Shown one piece after another: positions 1-10,317 of a stretch of 64,000 nucleotides of DNA. The stretch is from Bacteroidota bacterium (GTDB taxonomy: Bacteria > Bacteroidota > Bacteroidia > Chitinophagales > Chitinophagaceae), in NCBI GenBank assembly GCA_018266775.1, contig JAFDZS010000003.1, positions 1 to 64,000 of the forward strand. The letters run 5' to 3'. The position numbers were made by a program, and so were the translations under genes. The notes beneath the pieces were generated by a model. The model saw nothing but the letters and a program-made list of their open reading frames with translations. It was not told where the DNA came from and ran no database searches. Within the stretch, counting starts at the first letter, position 1. Every line of letters begins with the position of its first letter.

Positions 1-734
1 ACATCTATCAACAACAGGGCGATTTCAAAAAGGCTTTGCAGTTCTTTGAAATGAGGGGCCAGTTGGGTAAAGAACTCTTTGAGGCCAATCCGCATAGCGA
101 GGAATTAAAAAACGGGCTCGCCGTCTCTTATGAAAGACTCGGAGACATCTATCAACAACAGGGCGATTTCAAAATGGCGTTGCAGTTCTTTGAACAGTAT
201 TTTCAATTAAGGAAAGAACTCTTTGAAGCCAATCCGCATAGCGAGCGGTTAAAAAACGGGCTCGCCATTGCTTATGAAAGACTCGGAAACATCTATCAAC
301 AACAGGGCGATTTCAAAAAGGCTTTGCAGTTCTTTGAACAGGAAACAGATCTATTCAAACAACTCTTTGAGAACAATCCGCACAGCGAGCGGTTAAAAGA
401 CGGGCTCGCCATTGCTTATGAAAGACTCGGAAACATCTATCAACAACAGGGTGATTTCAAAAAGGCGTTGCAGTTCTTTGAACAGGATTTTCAATTAAGG
501 AAAGAACTCTTTGAGGCCAATCCACATGCCGTGCAATTACACAACGGACTTGCTGTCTCCTATTCCAATTTAGGCCGGTTGTATATTGACATGAAAAACT
601 ATGCAGCAGCAAAAGAGTATTTTATATTAGCTGAGGCACTATGGGCAGCACTGATTGCAAAAACGGACATTCCCAAATACCAAAATAATCTTAGTTGGGT
701 AAGGGAACAGCTTGAGAAAATGGAAACGCCTTAA
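1..734 (+). CDS. TPR-like repeat protein, 5'-partial. The reading frame continues upstream of the window.
   Basis: ORF 36..734 is in frame with window position 3. The translation shows ~47-48 aa tandem units (NPHSERLKNGLAIAYERLGNIYQQQGDFKKALQFFEQ) typical of TPR-like helices. The units are nearly identical at the DNA level. Confidence 0.7.
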   Translation, partial: IYQQQGDFKKALQFFEMRGQLGKELFEANPHSEELKNGLAVSYERLGDIYQQQGDFKMALQFFEQYFQLRKELFEANPHSERLKNGLAIAYERLGNIYQQQGDFKKALQFFEQETDLFKQLFENNPHSERLKDGLAIAYERLGNIYQQQGDFKKALQFFEQDFQLRKELFEANPHAVQLHNGLAVSYSNLGRLYIDMKNYAAAKEYFILAEALWAALIAKTDIPKYQNNLSWVREQLEKMETP

Positions 735-857
735 ACTTATTTCCCGGTATGTTGTTAACCATAATTCGTAACTTACTTTTGTTTTTGAAAAATAAGTGAA
801 TCTCTGTTTTATTTAATAGACAGTAAAACCAGTCATGATTCAAAAAAATAATTCTTT

Positions 858-1760
858 ATGCAACGCAGAAACTTTATCCGCAACACCGGCCTCACCATTG
901 CCGGCCTTGCTTTAGCGAATCAACAATTGGCGGCGGCTTTCTTTAACCAGCCTGCTTATAAAATAAAAATGCTTACCGATCATATCGGTGTGTTTACTGA
1001 ACGGGGCGGCACCATTTTATTTTACATGGCCAAAAAAGATATTGTGGTGGTGGATGCACAATTTCCCGATACCGCACAGCACCTTATTGATGAACTGAAA
1101 AAGAAAAGCGATAATCCTTTTCACCTGCTCATCAACACCCATCATCATGGCGATCATACCGCAGGTAATATTGCCTTTAAAGATTTAGTGCCTCATGTGC
1201 TGGCGCATGCCAACTCACTCACCAATCAAAAAAATGTAGCGGTAAAAAATAAATCAGAAGATAAACAACTGTATCCTGATTTAACTTATATTGATACCTG
1301 GAGTGAAAAAGTGGGAAAAGAAAAAATCAGCATGCATTATTTTGGTGCAGGCCATACCAATGGCGACAGCTTTGTGCATTTTGAACACAGCAACATTGTG
1401 CATGTTGGCGATTTATTATTCAACCGCCGCCATCCTTTTGTAGATAAAACCGCTGGCGCCGATATGGGCAGCTGGGTGACAGTATTAGACAAAGCCATCA
1501 GCACGTTCGACAGTAAAACACAATTTGTATGCGGCCATTCCGGCGATGGTTATGATATCGTAACCACTTCTGCCGACTTAAAAGCATTTGGTGATTATTT
1601 GGGCAATGTGCTCAAACTGGTGGAAAGCGAATTAAAAGCAGGGAAAACCAAAGAGGAAATTCTGAAAAACAAAACCATTCCCGGTTCAGATGAATGGAAA
1701 GGCGATGGCATTAACCGGCCATTGGAAGCAGCGTACATCGAACTCACTTCAAAGCCATAA
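858..1760 (+). CDS. MBL-fold metallo-hydrolase with a Tat-type signal peptide
   Basis: The N-terminus has a twin-arginine motif (MQRRNFIRNTGLTIAGLALA). The HHHGDH metallo-beta-lactamase motif (NTHHHGDHTAGN) and downstream His/Asp ligands (GHTNGD, HVGD) are present. Confidence 0.8.
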   Translation: MQRRNFIRNTGLTIAGLALANQQLAAAFFNQPAYKIKMLTDHIGVFTERGGTILFYMAKKDIVVVDAQFPDTAQHLIDELKKKSDNPFHLLINTHHHGDHTAGNIAFKDLVPHVLAHANSLTNQKNVAVKNKSEDKQLYPDLTYIDTWSEKVGKEKISMHYFGAGHTNGDSFVHFEHSNIVHVGDLLFNRRHPFVDKTAGADMGSWVTVLDKAISTFDSKTQFVCGHSGDGYDIVTTSADLKAFGDYLGNVLKLVESELKAGKTKEEILKNKTIPGSDEWKGDGINRPLEAAYIELTSKP

Positions 1761-2250
1761 GTTTTTCCAGTACAAAATATACAGCAGGGCAAAAGCTGGC
1801 ATTCTTCAATGTCAGCTTTTGTCTTTTTAATAATACATCTTCATCCGTATAAGGAAAGCGGGCGCAGTCGGACGGGCGCACCTCATAAATGCTGCAATAA
1901 TTATCGGCGCCCAAAAAAGTACAGGGCGTTTTTTGCAACACATAATCCCCTTCATTATCTATGGTAAGATAAGCGTTGATAAAATCGCCTTCCTTCATCT
2001 TTAAAAACTTACTGATGCGCTTGATGTCAGGCGTTTTAAAACGCGGCGAATAGCCCTTGCAGCAGTTGCCGCATTGCAGGCAATCCACCTGTTCAAAAGC
2101 TTCTTCATGCAGTGTGGGTAACGCTTTCAGCACTTTATTTTTATCCGCCCGGTCTAAAAACTGTTTGTATTGTTTTTGATGGTCGGCAGATTTTTTCTCC
2201 CAGTTATGCAAAAGCTCATTAGCCATGCTGCAAATATCGCCTTTACCCAC
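1744..2250 (-). CDS. YkgJ-family CxxCxxCC zinc/iron-chelating domain protein
   Basis: CLQCGNCCKGYSPRF motif followed by further Cys (TPCTFLGADNYCSIYEVRPSDC), typical of the UPF0153/YkgJ family. It overlaps the convergent MBL gene by 17 bp. Confidence 0.65.
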   Translation of the reverse strand: MGKGDICSMANELLHNWEKKSADHQKQYKQFLDRADKNKVLKALPTLHEEAFEQVDCLQCGNCCKGYSPRFKTPDIKRISKFLKMKEGDFINAYLTIDNEGDYVLQKTPCTFLGADNYCSIYEVRPSDCARFPYTDEDVLLKRQKLTLKNASFCPAVYFVLEKLMALK

Positions 2251-2526
2251 ATTTAAGCAACAATAACTTTCGCTTAACCTGCAGCAATGTTTCCATTTAA
2301 GACATTTACAAAACAGGCAGACTTTCCGTTTGCAGGAATACCATTTTCAAATAATAAAAGCTGTCAGGTTGAGCGTGGCGAAACCGGGTTTATGCTGAGG
2401 TTACCGACTTCGACAAGCTCAGTCTGACAACTTTTAAACATTGAAGCGTAAAGTTTAAACACATCTTAATCAAGCGGTATTCTTATTTGTAATAAAATTC
2501 TCTTAATTTGGTAAAAAATCATCCTC

Positions 2527-3309
2527 ATGCAACAGGTCATTGTCCCGCTTGATTTTTCGCAAACCTCTTTAAACGCTGCTCACTATGCCTGCAATTTGTA
2601 TAAAGGCAGAACGGATGTGAACATTATCCTCTATCATTTCTATGCAACTGCTGAGGATAAAACGGTATCGGAACAATACTTAGACACGTTAAAAAAAGAA
2701 CTGCTTACCATAGTGCCACACATTGACGTTTACGTGGAATCGGGCGATCATTTTATTGACAGCCTTGCTGCTTACGCACATGTAAAAGCAGCATCGATGA
2801 TCATTATGGGACTTACGGGCAAAACACCGCTGGCGCAACGTTTTTCCGGCACCAGTACATTAAAAATGGCAGAGAAAGAAATTTGCCCGGTATTGATTGT
2901 GCCTGAAGAAGCCAAATTTGAACAATTAGACAATGTGCTCATCACTTCAGAAATGAAAGCAGTGGATGAAACCCCCACTTTGCTTACGGTGAAAAGAGTG
3001 TTGCAGGAATTCAAACCATCGCTGCATGTATTGAATGTGGATGAACGCCACTATATTGCCCTCACAAAAGAGTTTAAAACAGAACGGGATAAACTGGAAA
3101 CGCTGCTGGCAGACTTCAATCCTGAATTTTACTTTATGCGTTTGTATGATTTTCATGAAGCAGTAAACCTTTTTGCAGCAGATAAAAAGATTGACATGAT
3201 CATCATTGCACCCAAATACCACAGTTTTTATGAGCGGCTGTTTAAAACGCAGCATACCAAAAAAATGATCTATCAAAGCAAAGTGCCCGTGCTGGCTATA
3301 CATGAATAA
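2527..3309 (+). CDS. Universal stress protein, tandem UspA domains
   Basis: 260 aa. N-terminus QVIVPLDFSQTSLNAAHYA and second half LHVLNVDE...IIIAPKYHSF are two Usp-like alpha/beta domains, as in Bacteroidota UspA proteins. Confidence 0.7.
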   Translation: MQQVIVPLDFSQTSLNAAHYACNLYKGRTDVNIILYHFYATAEDKTVSEQYLDTLKKELLTIVPHIDVYVESGDHFIDSLAAYAHVKAASMIIMGLTGKTPLAQRFSGTSTLKMAEKEICPVLIVPEEAKFEQLDNVLITSEMKAVDETPTLLTVKRVLQEFKPSLHVLNVDERHYIALTKEFKTERDKLETLLADFNPEFYFMRLYDFHEAVNLFAADKKIDMIIIAPKYHSFYERLFKTQHTKKMIYQSKVPVLAIHE

Positions 3310-3450
3310 AATTCCAAAGTATTTACTGCTGATTATCTAACAAAAGCAGGAAATTGTTAGTGGTAGTACAGCAATGCCGCAGCTTTGTTGTAATTTCTTG
3401 TACACCATTATGCTACAGTTTTCCACAGGTTTAACGCACACCATTTCCCT

Positions 3451-3482
3451 GTTCAAAATCTTGTCAGGTTATCGTAAATTTG
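3451..3482 (+). promoter_or_regulatory. Putative sigma-A promoter for gcvP (TTG ... TAAATTTG)
   Basis: TAAATTTG at 3475-3482 matches the Bacteroidota -7 consensus TAnnTTTG. A TTG lies 21 bp upstream at 3451-3453. It sits 46 nt upstream of the gcvP ATG. Confidence 0.25.
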
Positions 3483-3528
3483 CGCAACTTTTTTATACCA
3501 CATCCCATTATTTATAATATCCCGGAAC

Positions 3529-6420
3529 ATGAATCTTTTCGAACAACAAAGCAAAGAATTTTCAGGAAGGCATATCGGACCCAATGAACAGGAAACAAGG
3601 GCTATGCTGAACACCATTGGCGTTGCATCGCTCGATGCATTGATTGAACAAACCGTACCTGCTGCTATACGCTTGCAGCAACCATTACAAACCGCAGGGC
3701 CGGTTAGTGAATTTCAGTACCTCGCTGAATTAAGAAAAACTGCAGCGCTGAATAAAGTTTTCCGCTCTTACATAGGCCAGGGTTATTACAATACCATTGT
3801 GCCCAGCGTAATATTGCGCAATATTTTTGAAAACCCCGGATGGTACACCCAATACACACCTTACCAGGCAGAAATTGCACAGGGCCGTTTGGAAAGTTTA
3901 CTCAACTTTCAAACTATGGTGAGCGACCTTACCGGTTTGCCTATTGCCAATGCCAGTTTATTAGATGAAGGCACCGCAGCAGCAGAAGCCATGGCCATGC
4001 TCTTCAATTATAAAAACAAAGATCATGACCACGTAACCACACCTAAGTTTTTTGTAGATGAAAATGTGCTGCCACAAACAAAAGATGTTTTATTAACCCG
4101 TGCTACTCCTTTCCATATTGAACTGGTAACCGGCGATTATAAAACAGTAACATTAGACAACAGTTATTTCGGTGCCATAGTGCAATACCCCAACAGCAAT
4201 GGTGCAGTGGAAGATTACCGCCAGTTCATCACCAAAGCGCAGGCAGCACAGGCAGAAGTGATCATGGCAACTGATTTGTTAGCATTAACCTTATTAACTC
4301 CGCCGGGAGAATTGGGCGCTGCGATTGCAGTAGGATCTGCACAACGTTTCGGAGTGCCGATGGGTTTTGGCGGGCCGCATGCCGCTTTCTTTGCCACCAA
4401 AGATGAATTTAAAAGAAATATTCCCGGCCGTATCATTGGCGTTAGTATAGATGCACAGGGCAACCGTTGCCTGCGTATGGCATTGCAGACAAGGGAGCAG
4501 CACATCCGCCGCGAAAAAGCCACCAGCAATATCTGTACAGCACAGGCATTACTGGCGAACATGGCTGCAATGTATGCCGTGTATCATGGTGCAGATGGCT
4601 TAACCAATATTGCCAAAAGGGTAAGCCTGCTGGCGCAGACATTAAGTAATGAACTGGCAGAAATGGGCTATGCGAATGTGAATGCTTCTTATTTTGACAC
4701 GATCAAAATTCACGTGAAAGATATAACCCCCATTCGTAAACTGGCCGAACAGCAGGAAATGAACTTCCAGTATTTTGATGATGAATATATTGGTATTGCA
4801 TTAGACGAAACCACCACGCAGGGCGATATACTGGATATACTGCATGTATTTGCCACTGCGCAGGGCAGTGATACTGCTGTTGCTAATTTTGATAATGAAA
4901 CCGTACTGGATAATATTCCTGCGTCATTAACACGTACATCAGAATTTTTAACGCATCCGGTATTCAACAGTCATCATAGTGAAACAGAAATGATGCGGTA
5001 CATCAAATCATTAGAGAATAAAGATTTGAGTTTAAATACTTCCATGATCAGCCTGGGCAGTTGCACCATGAAATTAAATGCAGCAACACAACTCATCCCG
5101 GTAAGCTGGCCGGAGTTTGGTGGCATGCACCCCTTTGCCCCCGCTTATCAATGGAAAGGCTACCAGCAAATTGTTAGTGAACTGGAACAATGGCTCAGCA
5201 ATATTACCGGCTTTGCAGCCACATCATTACAACCTAACAGCGGCGCACAGGGTGAGTATGCAGGGTTGCTCACCATCAGGGCGTATCATAACGCCAACCA
5301 GCAGCCGCAGCGGGATGTGATATTGATTCCTATTTCCGCACATGGCACTAATCCAGCAAGTGCAGTGATGGCCGGCTTTAAGGTAGTGGTAACCAAATGT
5401 GATGAAGCCGGAAATATTGATGTGGCAGATTTAAAACTGAATGCTGAAAAATACAAAGACAGCTTAGCCGGTTTAATGGTAACCTATCCCAGCACGCATG
5501 GTGTGTTCGAAGAAAGCATCATGAACATTTGCCAATTGATACATGATAACGGCGGACTGGTATACATGGATGGCGCTAACATGAATGCACAGGTGGGTTT
5601 AACTTCGCCGGGAAATATTGGCGCTGATGTTTGCCACCTGAACCTGCATAAAACATTTGCCATACCACACGGTGGTGGTGGACCCGGCATGGGCCCGATA
5701 TGTGTGAACGAAAAACTGGCGCCGTATTTACCATCGCATGTTAGTCAAACAACAGGCGGCAGCAACCCTATTCATGCCGTTAGTGCCGCACCGTTTGGCA
5801 GCGCAAGCATCTTACTCATCAGTTATGCCTATATAAAAATGCTTGGCCCCGATGGTTTAAAGAAAAGCACTGAATACGCCATACTCAATGCCAACTACAT
5901 GAAGGCCCGCCTGGAAAAAGAATATAAAATTTTATACAGCGGTAAGAACGGCACCTGTGCTCATGAATTTATTGTTGACCTGCGGCCCTTTAAACAGAGC
6001 GCCGGTATTGAGGCAGAAGATGTGGCCAAACGTTTAATGGATTATAATTTTCATGCGCCCACCCTAAGCTTCCCTGTTGCAGGTACTATTATGATTGAGC
6101 CAACAGAAAGTGAAGACAAAGCCGAGCTGGACCGTTTCTGCGATGCACTGCTCAGCATACGTGAAGAAATTAAAGCCATTGAAAATGGCAGTGCAAACAA
6201 AGCAGACAATCCGCTGAAACATGCACCGCACTGCTTACAGGTAATATGCGCCAACGACTGGCACCATGCATACAGCAGGGAAACTGCAGCGTTTCCATTG
6301 GCATATGTAAAACAAAATAAATTCTGGCCCAGCGTAAGCCGTGTAAACAATACTTATGGTGACAGGAATTTGGTTTGCACCTGCGAGCCGGTGAGTGCAT
6401 ACATGGAAGAGACTGCGTAA
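3529..6420 (+). CDS. gcvP: Glycine dehydrogenase (decarboxylating), single-chain P-protein of the glycine cleavage system
   Basis: 963 aa, length and sequence characteristic of GcvP ([22 protein letters not shown]...; PLP-lysine region [22 protein letters not shown]). Confidence 0.95.
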   Translation: MNLFEQQSKEFSGRHIGPNEQETRAMLNTIGVASLDALIEQTVPAAIRLQQPLQTAGPVSEFQYLAELRKTAALNKVFRSYIGQGYYNTIVPSVILRNIFENPGWYTQYTPYQAEIAQGRLESLLNFQTMVSDLTGLPIANASLLDEGTAAAEAMAMLFNYKNKDHDHVTTPKFFVDENVLPQTKDVLLTRATPFHIELVTGDYKTVTLDNSYFGAIVQYPNSNGAVEDYRQFITKAQAAQAEVIMATDLLALTLLTPPGELGAAIAVGSAQRFGVPMGFGGPHAAFFATKDEFKRNIPGRIIGVSIDAQGNRCLRMALQTREQHIRREKATSNICTAQALLANMAAMYAVYHGADGLTNIAKRVSLLAQTLSNELAEMGYANVNASYFDTIKIHVKDITPIRKLAEQQEMNFQYFDDEYIGIALDETTTQGDILDILHVFATAQGSDTAVANFDNETVLDNIPASLTRTSEFLTHPVFNSHHSETEMMRYIKSLENKDLSLNTSMISLGSCTMKLNAATQLIPVSWPEFGGMHPFAPAYQWKGYQQIVSELEQWLSNITGFAATSLQPNSGAQGEYAGLLTIRAYHNANQQPQRDVILIPISAHGTNPASAVMAGFKVVVTKCDEAGNIDVADLKLNAEKYKDSLAGLMVTYPSTHGVFEESIMNICQLIHDNGGLVYMDGANMNAQVGLTSPGNIGADVCHLNLHKTFAIPHGGGGPGMGPICVNEKLAPYLPSHVSQTTGGSNPIHAVSAAPFGSASILLISYAYIKMLGPDGLKKSTEYAILNANYMKARLEKEYKILYSGKNGTCAHEFIVDLRPFKQSAGIEAEDVAKRLMDYNFHAPTLSFPVAGTIMIEPTESEDKAELDRFCDALLSIREEIKAIENGSANKADNPLKHAPHCLQVICANDWHHAYSRETAAFPLAYVKQNKFWPSVSRVNNTYGDRNLVCTCEPVSAYMEETA

Positions 6421-6441
6421 AAGTTTTTTTTATAGAAAAGA

Positions 6442-6475
6442 AAAGCTGCTTTGTGATGAAGCAGCTTTTTGTGTG
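6442..6475 (+). terminator. Rho-independent terminator of gcvP
   Basis: Hairpin AAAGCTGCTT-tgtgatg-AAGCAGCTTT followed by TTTTGTGTG, 22 nt after the gcvP stop. Confidence 0.6.
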
Positions 6476-6481
6476 CGAAAT

Positions 6482-6602
6482 TCCGCTGTTGTTGGTCGCC
6501 TAAGCAACAACATAAAAAAAATTCTTTTTTGATATGGTTATATAAGTGAGCCGAAAGTATTAATATAATTTTCAATCATATTGTTGGCCAGGCGACCAAC
6601 AA
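6482..6602. repeat. ~120-bp MITE-like intergenic repeat, copy 1
   Basis: Perfect 12-bp terminal inverted repeat TTGTTGGTCGCC (6488-6499) / GGCGACCAACAA (6590-6601). Each end also forms its own small hairpin. About 75% identical along its full length to 9499-9615 in the same orientation. Confidence 0.6.
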
Positions 6603-6621
6603 TCTAGGAGATTATTGTATA

Positions 6622-7530
6622 TTAATTCATATTCCTGAACTCAAGCGGTGTCATTCCTGTTTTAGATTTGAACAATCGTGAGAAATATTGCGGATATTCG
6701 AAACCCAGAGAAAATGCCAGTTCCCCAACGCCCTTGTCTGAACTCAATAATAAATTCTTTGCTTCTTCAATAAGGTAGTAATGAATGCGGTCTTGTGCAT
6801 TCATACCGGTTTCTTTTTTTAGTAAGTCACTGAGATAATTTGGGGAAAGAAATACTTTGTCAGCCAAATATTTTACAGTTGGCAGCCCTTTTTCAATCAG
6901 GTCAGGCGATTGGAAATACTTTGTCAATACAGTTTCAACTTTTGCAAGTATGTCGCTGTTTGCTGTTTTCCGTGTAATGAATTGCCGGTCATAATACCTT
7001 GTACAATAGTTAAGCAACAGCTCAATGTTTGAAACAATCAGTCCCTGGCTATGCTTATCAATGTTCTCTGATAATTCTGCATCTATTTTTTGCACAATTT
7101 CATTCAGGATTTGTTTTTCTTTATCAGATAAATGCAATGCTTCATTGGTGTCGTATGAGAAAAATGAATATTCCTTAATCTTTTTCCCTAATGAAGTACC
7201 CATAATTAAATCAGGATGAAAGAAAATACCCCAACCTTTGATGTCAACTTTTTTCTCAACAGGTTCATCTAATGCAATAACCTGCCGTGGGGCCATGCAG
7301 ATTAAGCTTCCATCGTCAAAGTCGTAAGACTGGTGACCATATTTCATTTTGTTTGCACAAAAGTTTTTGAACATCACAGAGTAAAAACCCAAAGTAATTT
7401 TCATCCCTGAATTGAATTGTTCCTCATATTTTGAAAAATCGACCACCGCCACCAAAGGATGTTTCATACTTGCCTGCGGAAGCATTTTGTGCATATCTGC
7501 TATAGTTTCCAAATGAATAATGTTATTCAT
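6622..7530 (-). CDS. AraC/XylS-family transcriptional regulator
   Basis: C-terminal double HTH typical of AraC (LSPNYLSDLLKKETGMNAQDRIHYYLIEEAKNLL...YPQYFSRLFKSKTGMTPLEFR). Confidence 0.85.
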   Translation of the reverse strand: MNNIIHLETIADMHKMLPQASMKHPLVAVVDFSKYEEQFNSGMKITLGFYSVMFKNFCANKMKYGHQSYDFDDGSLICMAPRQVIALDEPVEKKVDIKGWGIFFHPDLIMGTSLGKKIKEYSFFSYDTNEALHLSDKEKQILNEIVQKIDAELSENIDKHSQGLIVSNIELLLNYCTRYYDRQFITRKTANSDILAKVETVLTKYFQSPDLIEKGLPTVKYLADKVFLSPNYLSDLLKKETGMNAQDRIHYYLIEEAKNLLLSSDKGVGELAFSLGFEYPQYFSRLFKSKTGMTPLEFRNMN

Positions 7531-7558
7531 AGCTTTTCCTTTCTGTAAGTTAAAATAA

Positions 7559-8056
7559 TTAGTTGAGTGTTTCTAAAATTGCCTTGTAATAGATCGCTGC
7601 TCTTTCCTGTGAAAAATAATCAACTACCAGACCGGCTAATGCAAAATATGACAGGCCAATGCCAATCCCCTGCCACGCTGGGTCTTTAGCGTACCAAAAA
7701 ATCAGCAGGGTTAGAGAAAAACAAATACTGGCAACAATTTTTGAAATGGTATAGCCATATTGAAAATCCTCCACCCTTTTTTTCTCTGCTTGTATAAAAG
7801 CACTGTTATTTTTTTCGTATGACTGAGGATACGCTGCGATTCTTTTTTTGTTAGACACAAGCATAGTGCTGCCAATTGCAGCATAGACTAAACCAATAAT
7901 AATAAATGGCCAGAATAATGCTTTAGAATTTAATGTAGTCCCCGTTTTCCAAAACAAAAACCCTGATACCAAAGTTATTATCCCAAAAGACAGAATTAAA
8001 GATGCTTCAAATAATTCCCCTTCTATCCATGCCAGGGTGTTGCTGAAAAAATTCAT
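7559..8056 (-). CDS. Hypothetical 4-TM membrane protein
   Basis: 165 aa with four hydrophobic segments. I recognise no family. It sits in an operon-like array with the DUF2147 and SDR genes. Confidence 0.45.
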   Translation of the reverse strand: MNFFSNTLAWIEGELFEASLILSFGIITLVSGFLFWKTGTTLNSKALFWPFIIIGLVYAAIGSTMLVSNKKRIAAYPQSYEKNNSAFIQAEKKRVEDFQYGYTISKIVASICFSLTLLIFWYAKDPAWQGIGIGLSYFALAGLVVDYFSQERAAIYYKAILETLN

Positions 8057-8085
8057 AGTTGTAAAATAAGATTGTTTAGATAGAA

Positions 8086-8526
8086 CTACTCCTTATACGG
8101 ATGAAAGGTTGCGGTTTGCCCAAATAATGAAAAGCCTAAGTATCCCCGCAGGTTCAATTTTCCATCTTTGATCCATACTTTACATTTGTAGGTATCGCCT
8201 GATGGTGGATTGTAGATTTTTCCGCCGGTATACTCAGTATCATCCCATCTCAAACCCGTTACGCTGATAATACCAATGATATCTCTCGAACGCAGATTCT
8301 TGTCGGGGTTCTTAGTATCTTTCTTTGAAGTTTTACCATCGCTTTCTACAATTTGATTACCCCATAACAACCTTGCCTGGTATTCATTACCCGATTTAAA
8401 GAATTCTAATCTTACATCCTTCTTATCAGATTCCCACTTTCCTGTAATGGCATTTTCTCCTGTTTGCGCTTTCACATTGGTTGTAAAAGCAATGATCAGT
8501 GCAATAGCAATATTTATGATTTTCAT
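8086..8526 (-). CDS. DUF2147 domain secreted protein
   Basis: Signal peptide (MKIINIAIALIIAFTTNVKAQ). GKWES...YKCKVWIKDGKLNLRGYLG matches the DUF2147 pattern (GKW...Y.C.......L.VRGY). Confidence 0.6.
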   Translation of the reverse strand: MKIINIAIALIIAFTTNVKAQTGENAITGKWESDKKDVRLEFFKSGNEYQARLLWGNQIVESDGKTSKKDTKNPDKNLRSRDIIGIISVTGLRWDDTEYTGGKIYNPPSGDTYKCKVWIKDGKLNLRGYLGFSLFGQTATFHPYKE

Positions 8527-8556
8527 TTTATTTCTGTTGACTAATTTATAATGGTA

Positions 8557-9372
8557 TTACATTTGGCTCATTACGATCCGGTCAAATAACCTGTCACCCA
8601 AATAGGTCCTCATCCAAACCATAGGTTTAGCAAATTTTCCAACCCTGTAACGTGTTTTAGGATTATTGCTGTTTATTATTTTGCTTACAGCATTTGCAAT
8701 CACAGATGGCTTTGACGAGCCATTTCCCTGCGCAGCTTTTTTAGTGCCTTCTATGATTTTATTCATCATATTTGTATAAGCACTTTGTTTGGAAATTTTT
8801 GAAAAGTTATTTATTAAAACAGTACCAAATTCTGTTGCAATAAAACCAGGCTCCAGCACAACAACTTTAATATTGAATGACTTCAACTCTAACCTTAGGC
8901 AATCACTCAGTCCTTCAACTGCATGTTTGCTGGCATGATACCAGGCTCCCATCGGGAAATACATTTTACCGCCCATTGACGAAGTGTTGATGATTAAACC
9001 CGATTTTGCTGTTCGCATATGAGGAACCACTTTTTGTGTCATAGCAGCAATACCAAATACATTTACTTCCATTTCTTTCCTGGCTTCGGCTAAGGGAACA
9101 TCTTCTACAGACCCGTAAAGCCCGTAGCCGGCATTATTCCACAGCACATCAATTTTACCTTCCTTTTTAATAATGGTGTCAACAACGTTTTCAATATCGG
9201 CTTCGTTGGTTACATCCATTTGCAATGAATGGCCGCCCAAGGCTTTTAAATCCTGCATTTGGTCAATTCTGCGTGCAACAGCATAAACTGTATGACCATC
9301 ATGAATGAGTTTTTTGGCCGTTTCTTTTCCCATTCCGGAACTTGCACCTGTGATTAAGATTACCTTTTTCAT
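8557..9372 (-). CDS. SDR-family short-chain dehydrogenase/reductase
   Basis: TGASSGMGKETA Rossmann motif, NNAG, and catalytic Y-x3-K (YHASKHAVEG). Confidence 0.9.
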   Translation of the reverse strand: MKKVILITGASSGMGKETAKKLIHDGHTVYAVARRIDQMQDLKALGGHSLQMDVTNEADIENVVDTIIKKEGKIDVLWNNAGYGLYGSVEDVPLAEARKEMEVNVFGIAAMTQKVVPHMRTAKSGLIINTSSMGGKMYFPMGAWYHASKHAVEGLSDCLRLELKSFNIKVVVLEPGFIATEFGTVLINNFSKISKQSAYTNMMNKIIEGTKKAAQGNGSSKPSVIANAVSKIINSNNPKTRYRVGKFAKPMVWMRTYLGDRLFDRIVMSQM

Positions 9373-9498
9373 TTTTTGTGTTTTAAATTATACTGCAAAT
9401 GTCCGCTGAATAAAAGGGCTGGAGTTAATACAAAAACGGGATAGTTGTATACTAATCCTCTTTTACGCTGTGTAATTGGCAGGAATAAGACTATTCTT

Positions 9499-9615
9499 CC
9501 GCCGTTTTGGTCTCCTGACCAACAACATAGAGACAGCTTTTTTTTTAAAAGGTTATATAAATAAAGAAAGCATTAATGAAATTTTCAACCGCATGGTTGG
9601 TCAGGTGACCAACAA
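9499..9615. repeat. ~120-bp MITE-like intergenic repeat, copy 2
   Basis: Same architecture as 6482-6602 (CCGCYGTTKTGGTC...CAACAACATA...GGTTATATAA...ATTTTCAA...GTTGGYCAGGYGACCAACAAT). Terminal hairpins present. It lies in the divergent promoter region between the SDR gene and phnA. Confidence 0.6.
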
Positions 9616-9688
9616 TGACGAAGTGTTTTGTAATACCCATTAGATCGTCTTATCTGCAATGATTACCTTTGCACGAAATAAAAAATAT

Positions 9689-10246
9689 ATGGCAATCAGA
9701 ACAAACTTAAGTGAACGCAACCAGGGCTTATGTGAATTATGCAATTCCAATGCAGCAACAGAAGCATATTTGGTAAGCCCTAAGAAAGAAGATACGCTGG
9801 AAAACCAGGTGGCATTGTGTACTACTTGTATCACTAATATGAATGAGCCCGGCCACAGCGATTACTGGCGCTGTTTAGAAGGCAGCATCTGGAACCCTGA
9901 GCCATCTGTTCAGGCATTGAGTTACCGCATACTGTATGCATACCGCAATGAAGACTGGGCCGAAAACGTAATCAGTTCAGTGGAGCTGGATGAGCATGTG
10001 ATTCAATGGGCATTGAGCGCTTACGAAGCAGCCGATGTACATAAAGACACTTATGGCAACACGCTGGTAAATGGAGATACGGTTGTACTTACGCAAGCCC
10101 TGAATGTAAAGGGAACCAGTTTTTCTGCTGCTAAAGGAACAGTAGTAAAAAAAATCAGGCTGGTGCCCGATAATACCGGTCAGATTGAAGGAAAGATCAA
10201 TGAACAAACCATTGTGATATTAACGAAGTATGTGAAGAAGGGATAA
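9689..10246 (+). CDS. phnA: PhnA-domain protein (alkylphosphonate utilization PhnA / YjdC-like)
   Basis: N-terminal CxxC...CxxC zinc ribbon (CELCNS...CTTC) and a C-terminal half (GNTLVNGDTVVLTQALNVKGTSFSAAKGTVVKKIRLVPDN...) closely resembling E. coli PhnA. Start chosen at the internal Met (MAIRTN), not the longer ORF start at 9659. Confidence 0.7.
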   Translation: MAIRTNLSERNQGLCELCNSNAATEAYLVSPKKEDTLENQVALCTTCITNMNEPGHSDYWRCLEGSIWNPEPSVQALSYRILYAYRNEDWAENVISSVELDEHVIQWALSAYEAADVHKDTYGNTLVNGDTVVLTQALNVKGTSFSAAKGTVVKKIRLVPDNTGQIEGKINEQTIVILTKYVKKG

Positions 10247-10317
10247 AGTTTTTACACAGCAGGAATTTCTTTACCCGCTACAACAAAACGGTATAAGAAG
10301 ATTAATGAAATAATAGA

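Noticed and set aside
3310-3528. Looked for a glycine riboswitch upstream of gcvP
   Set aside because: The conserved GGAGAG...CACCGAAGGGGCAA-type aptamer cores are not present in the 220-nt leader. Only a promoter-like TAAATTTG box was seen.
4215-6575. Numerous 60-115-aa ORFs on both strands inside gcvP
   Set aside because: Examples are 4215-4562(-), 4294-4503(-), 5117-5320(+) and 6051-6350(-). They are shadow ORFs fully embedded in a strongly supported 963-aa gene, with low-complexity or Cys/Ser-rich translations.
9640-9834. 64-aa minus-strand ORF overlapping the phnA start and the MITE-like repeat
   Set aside because: It overlaps a well-supported PhnA homolog on the opposite strand. It has no recognisable features.
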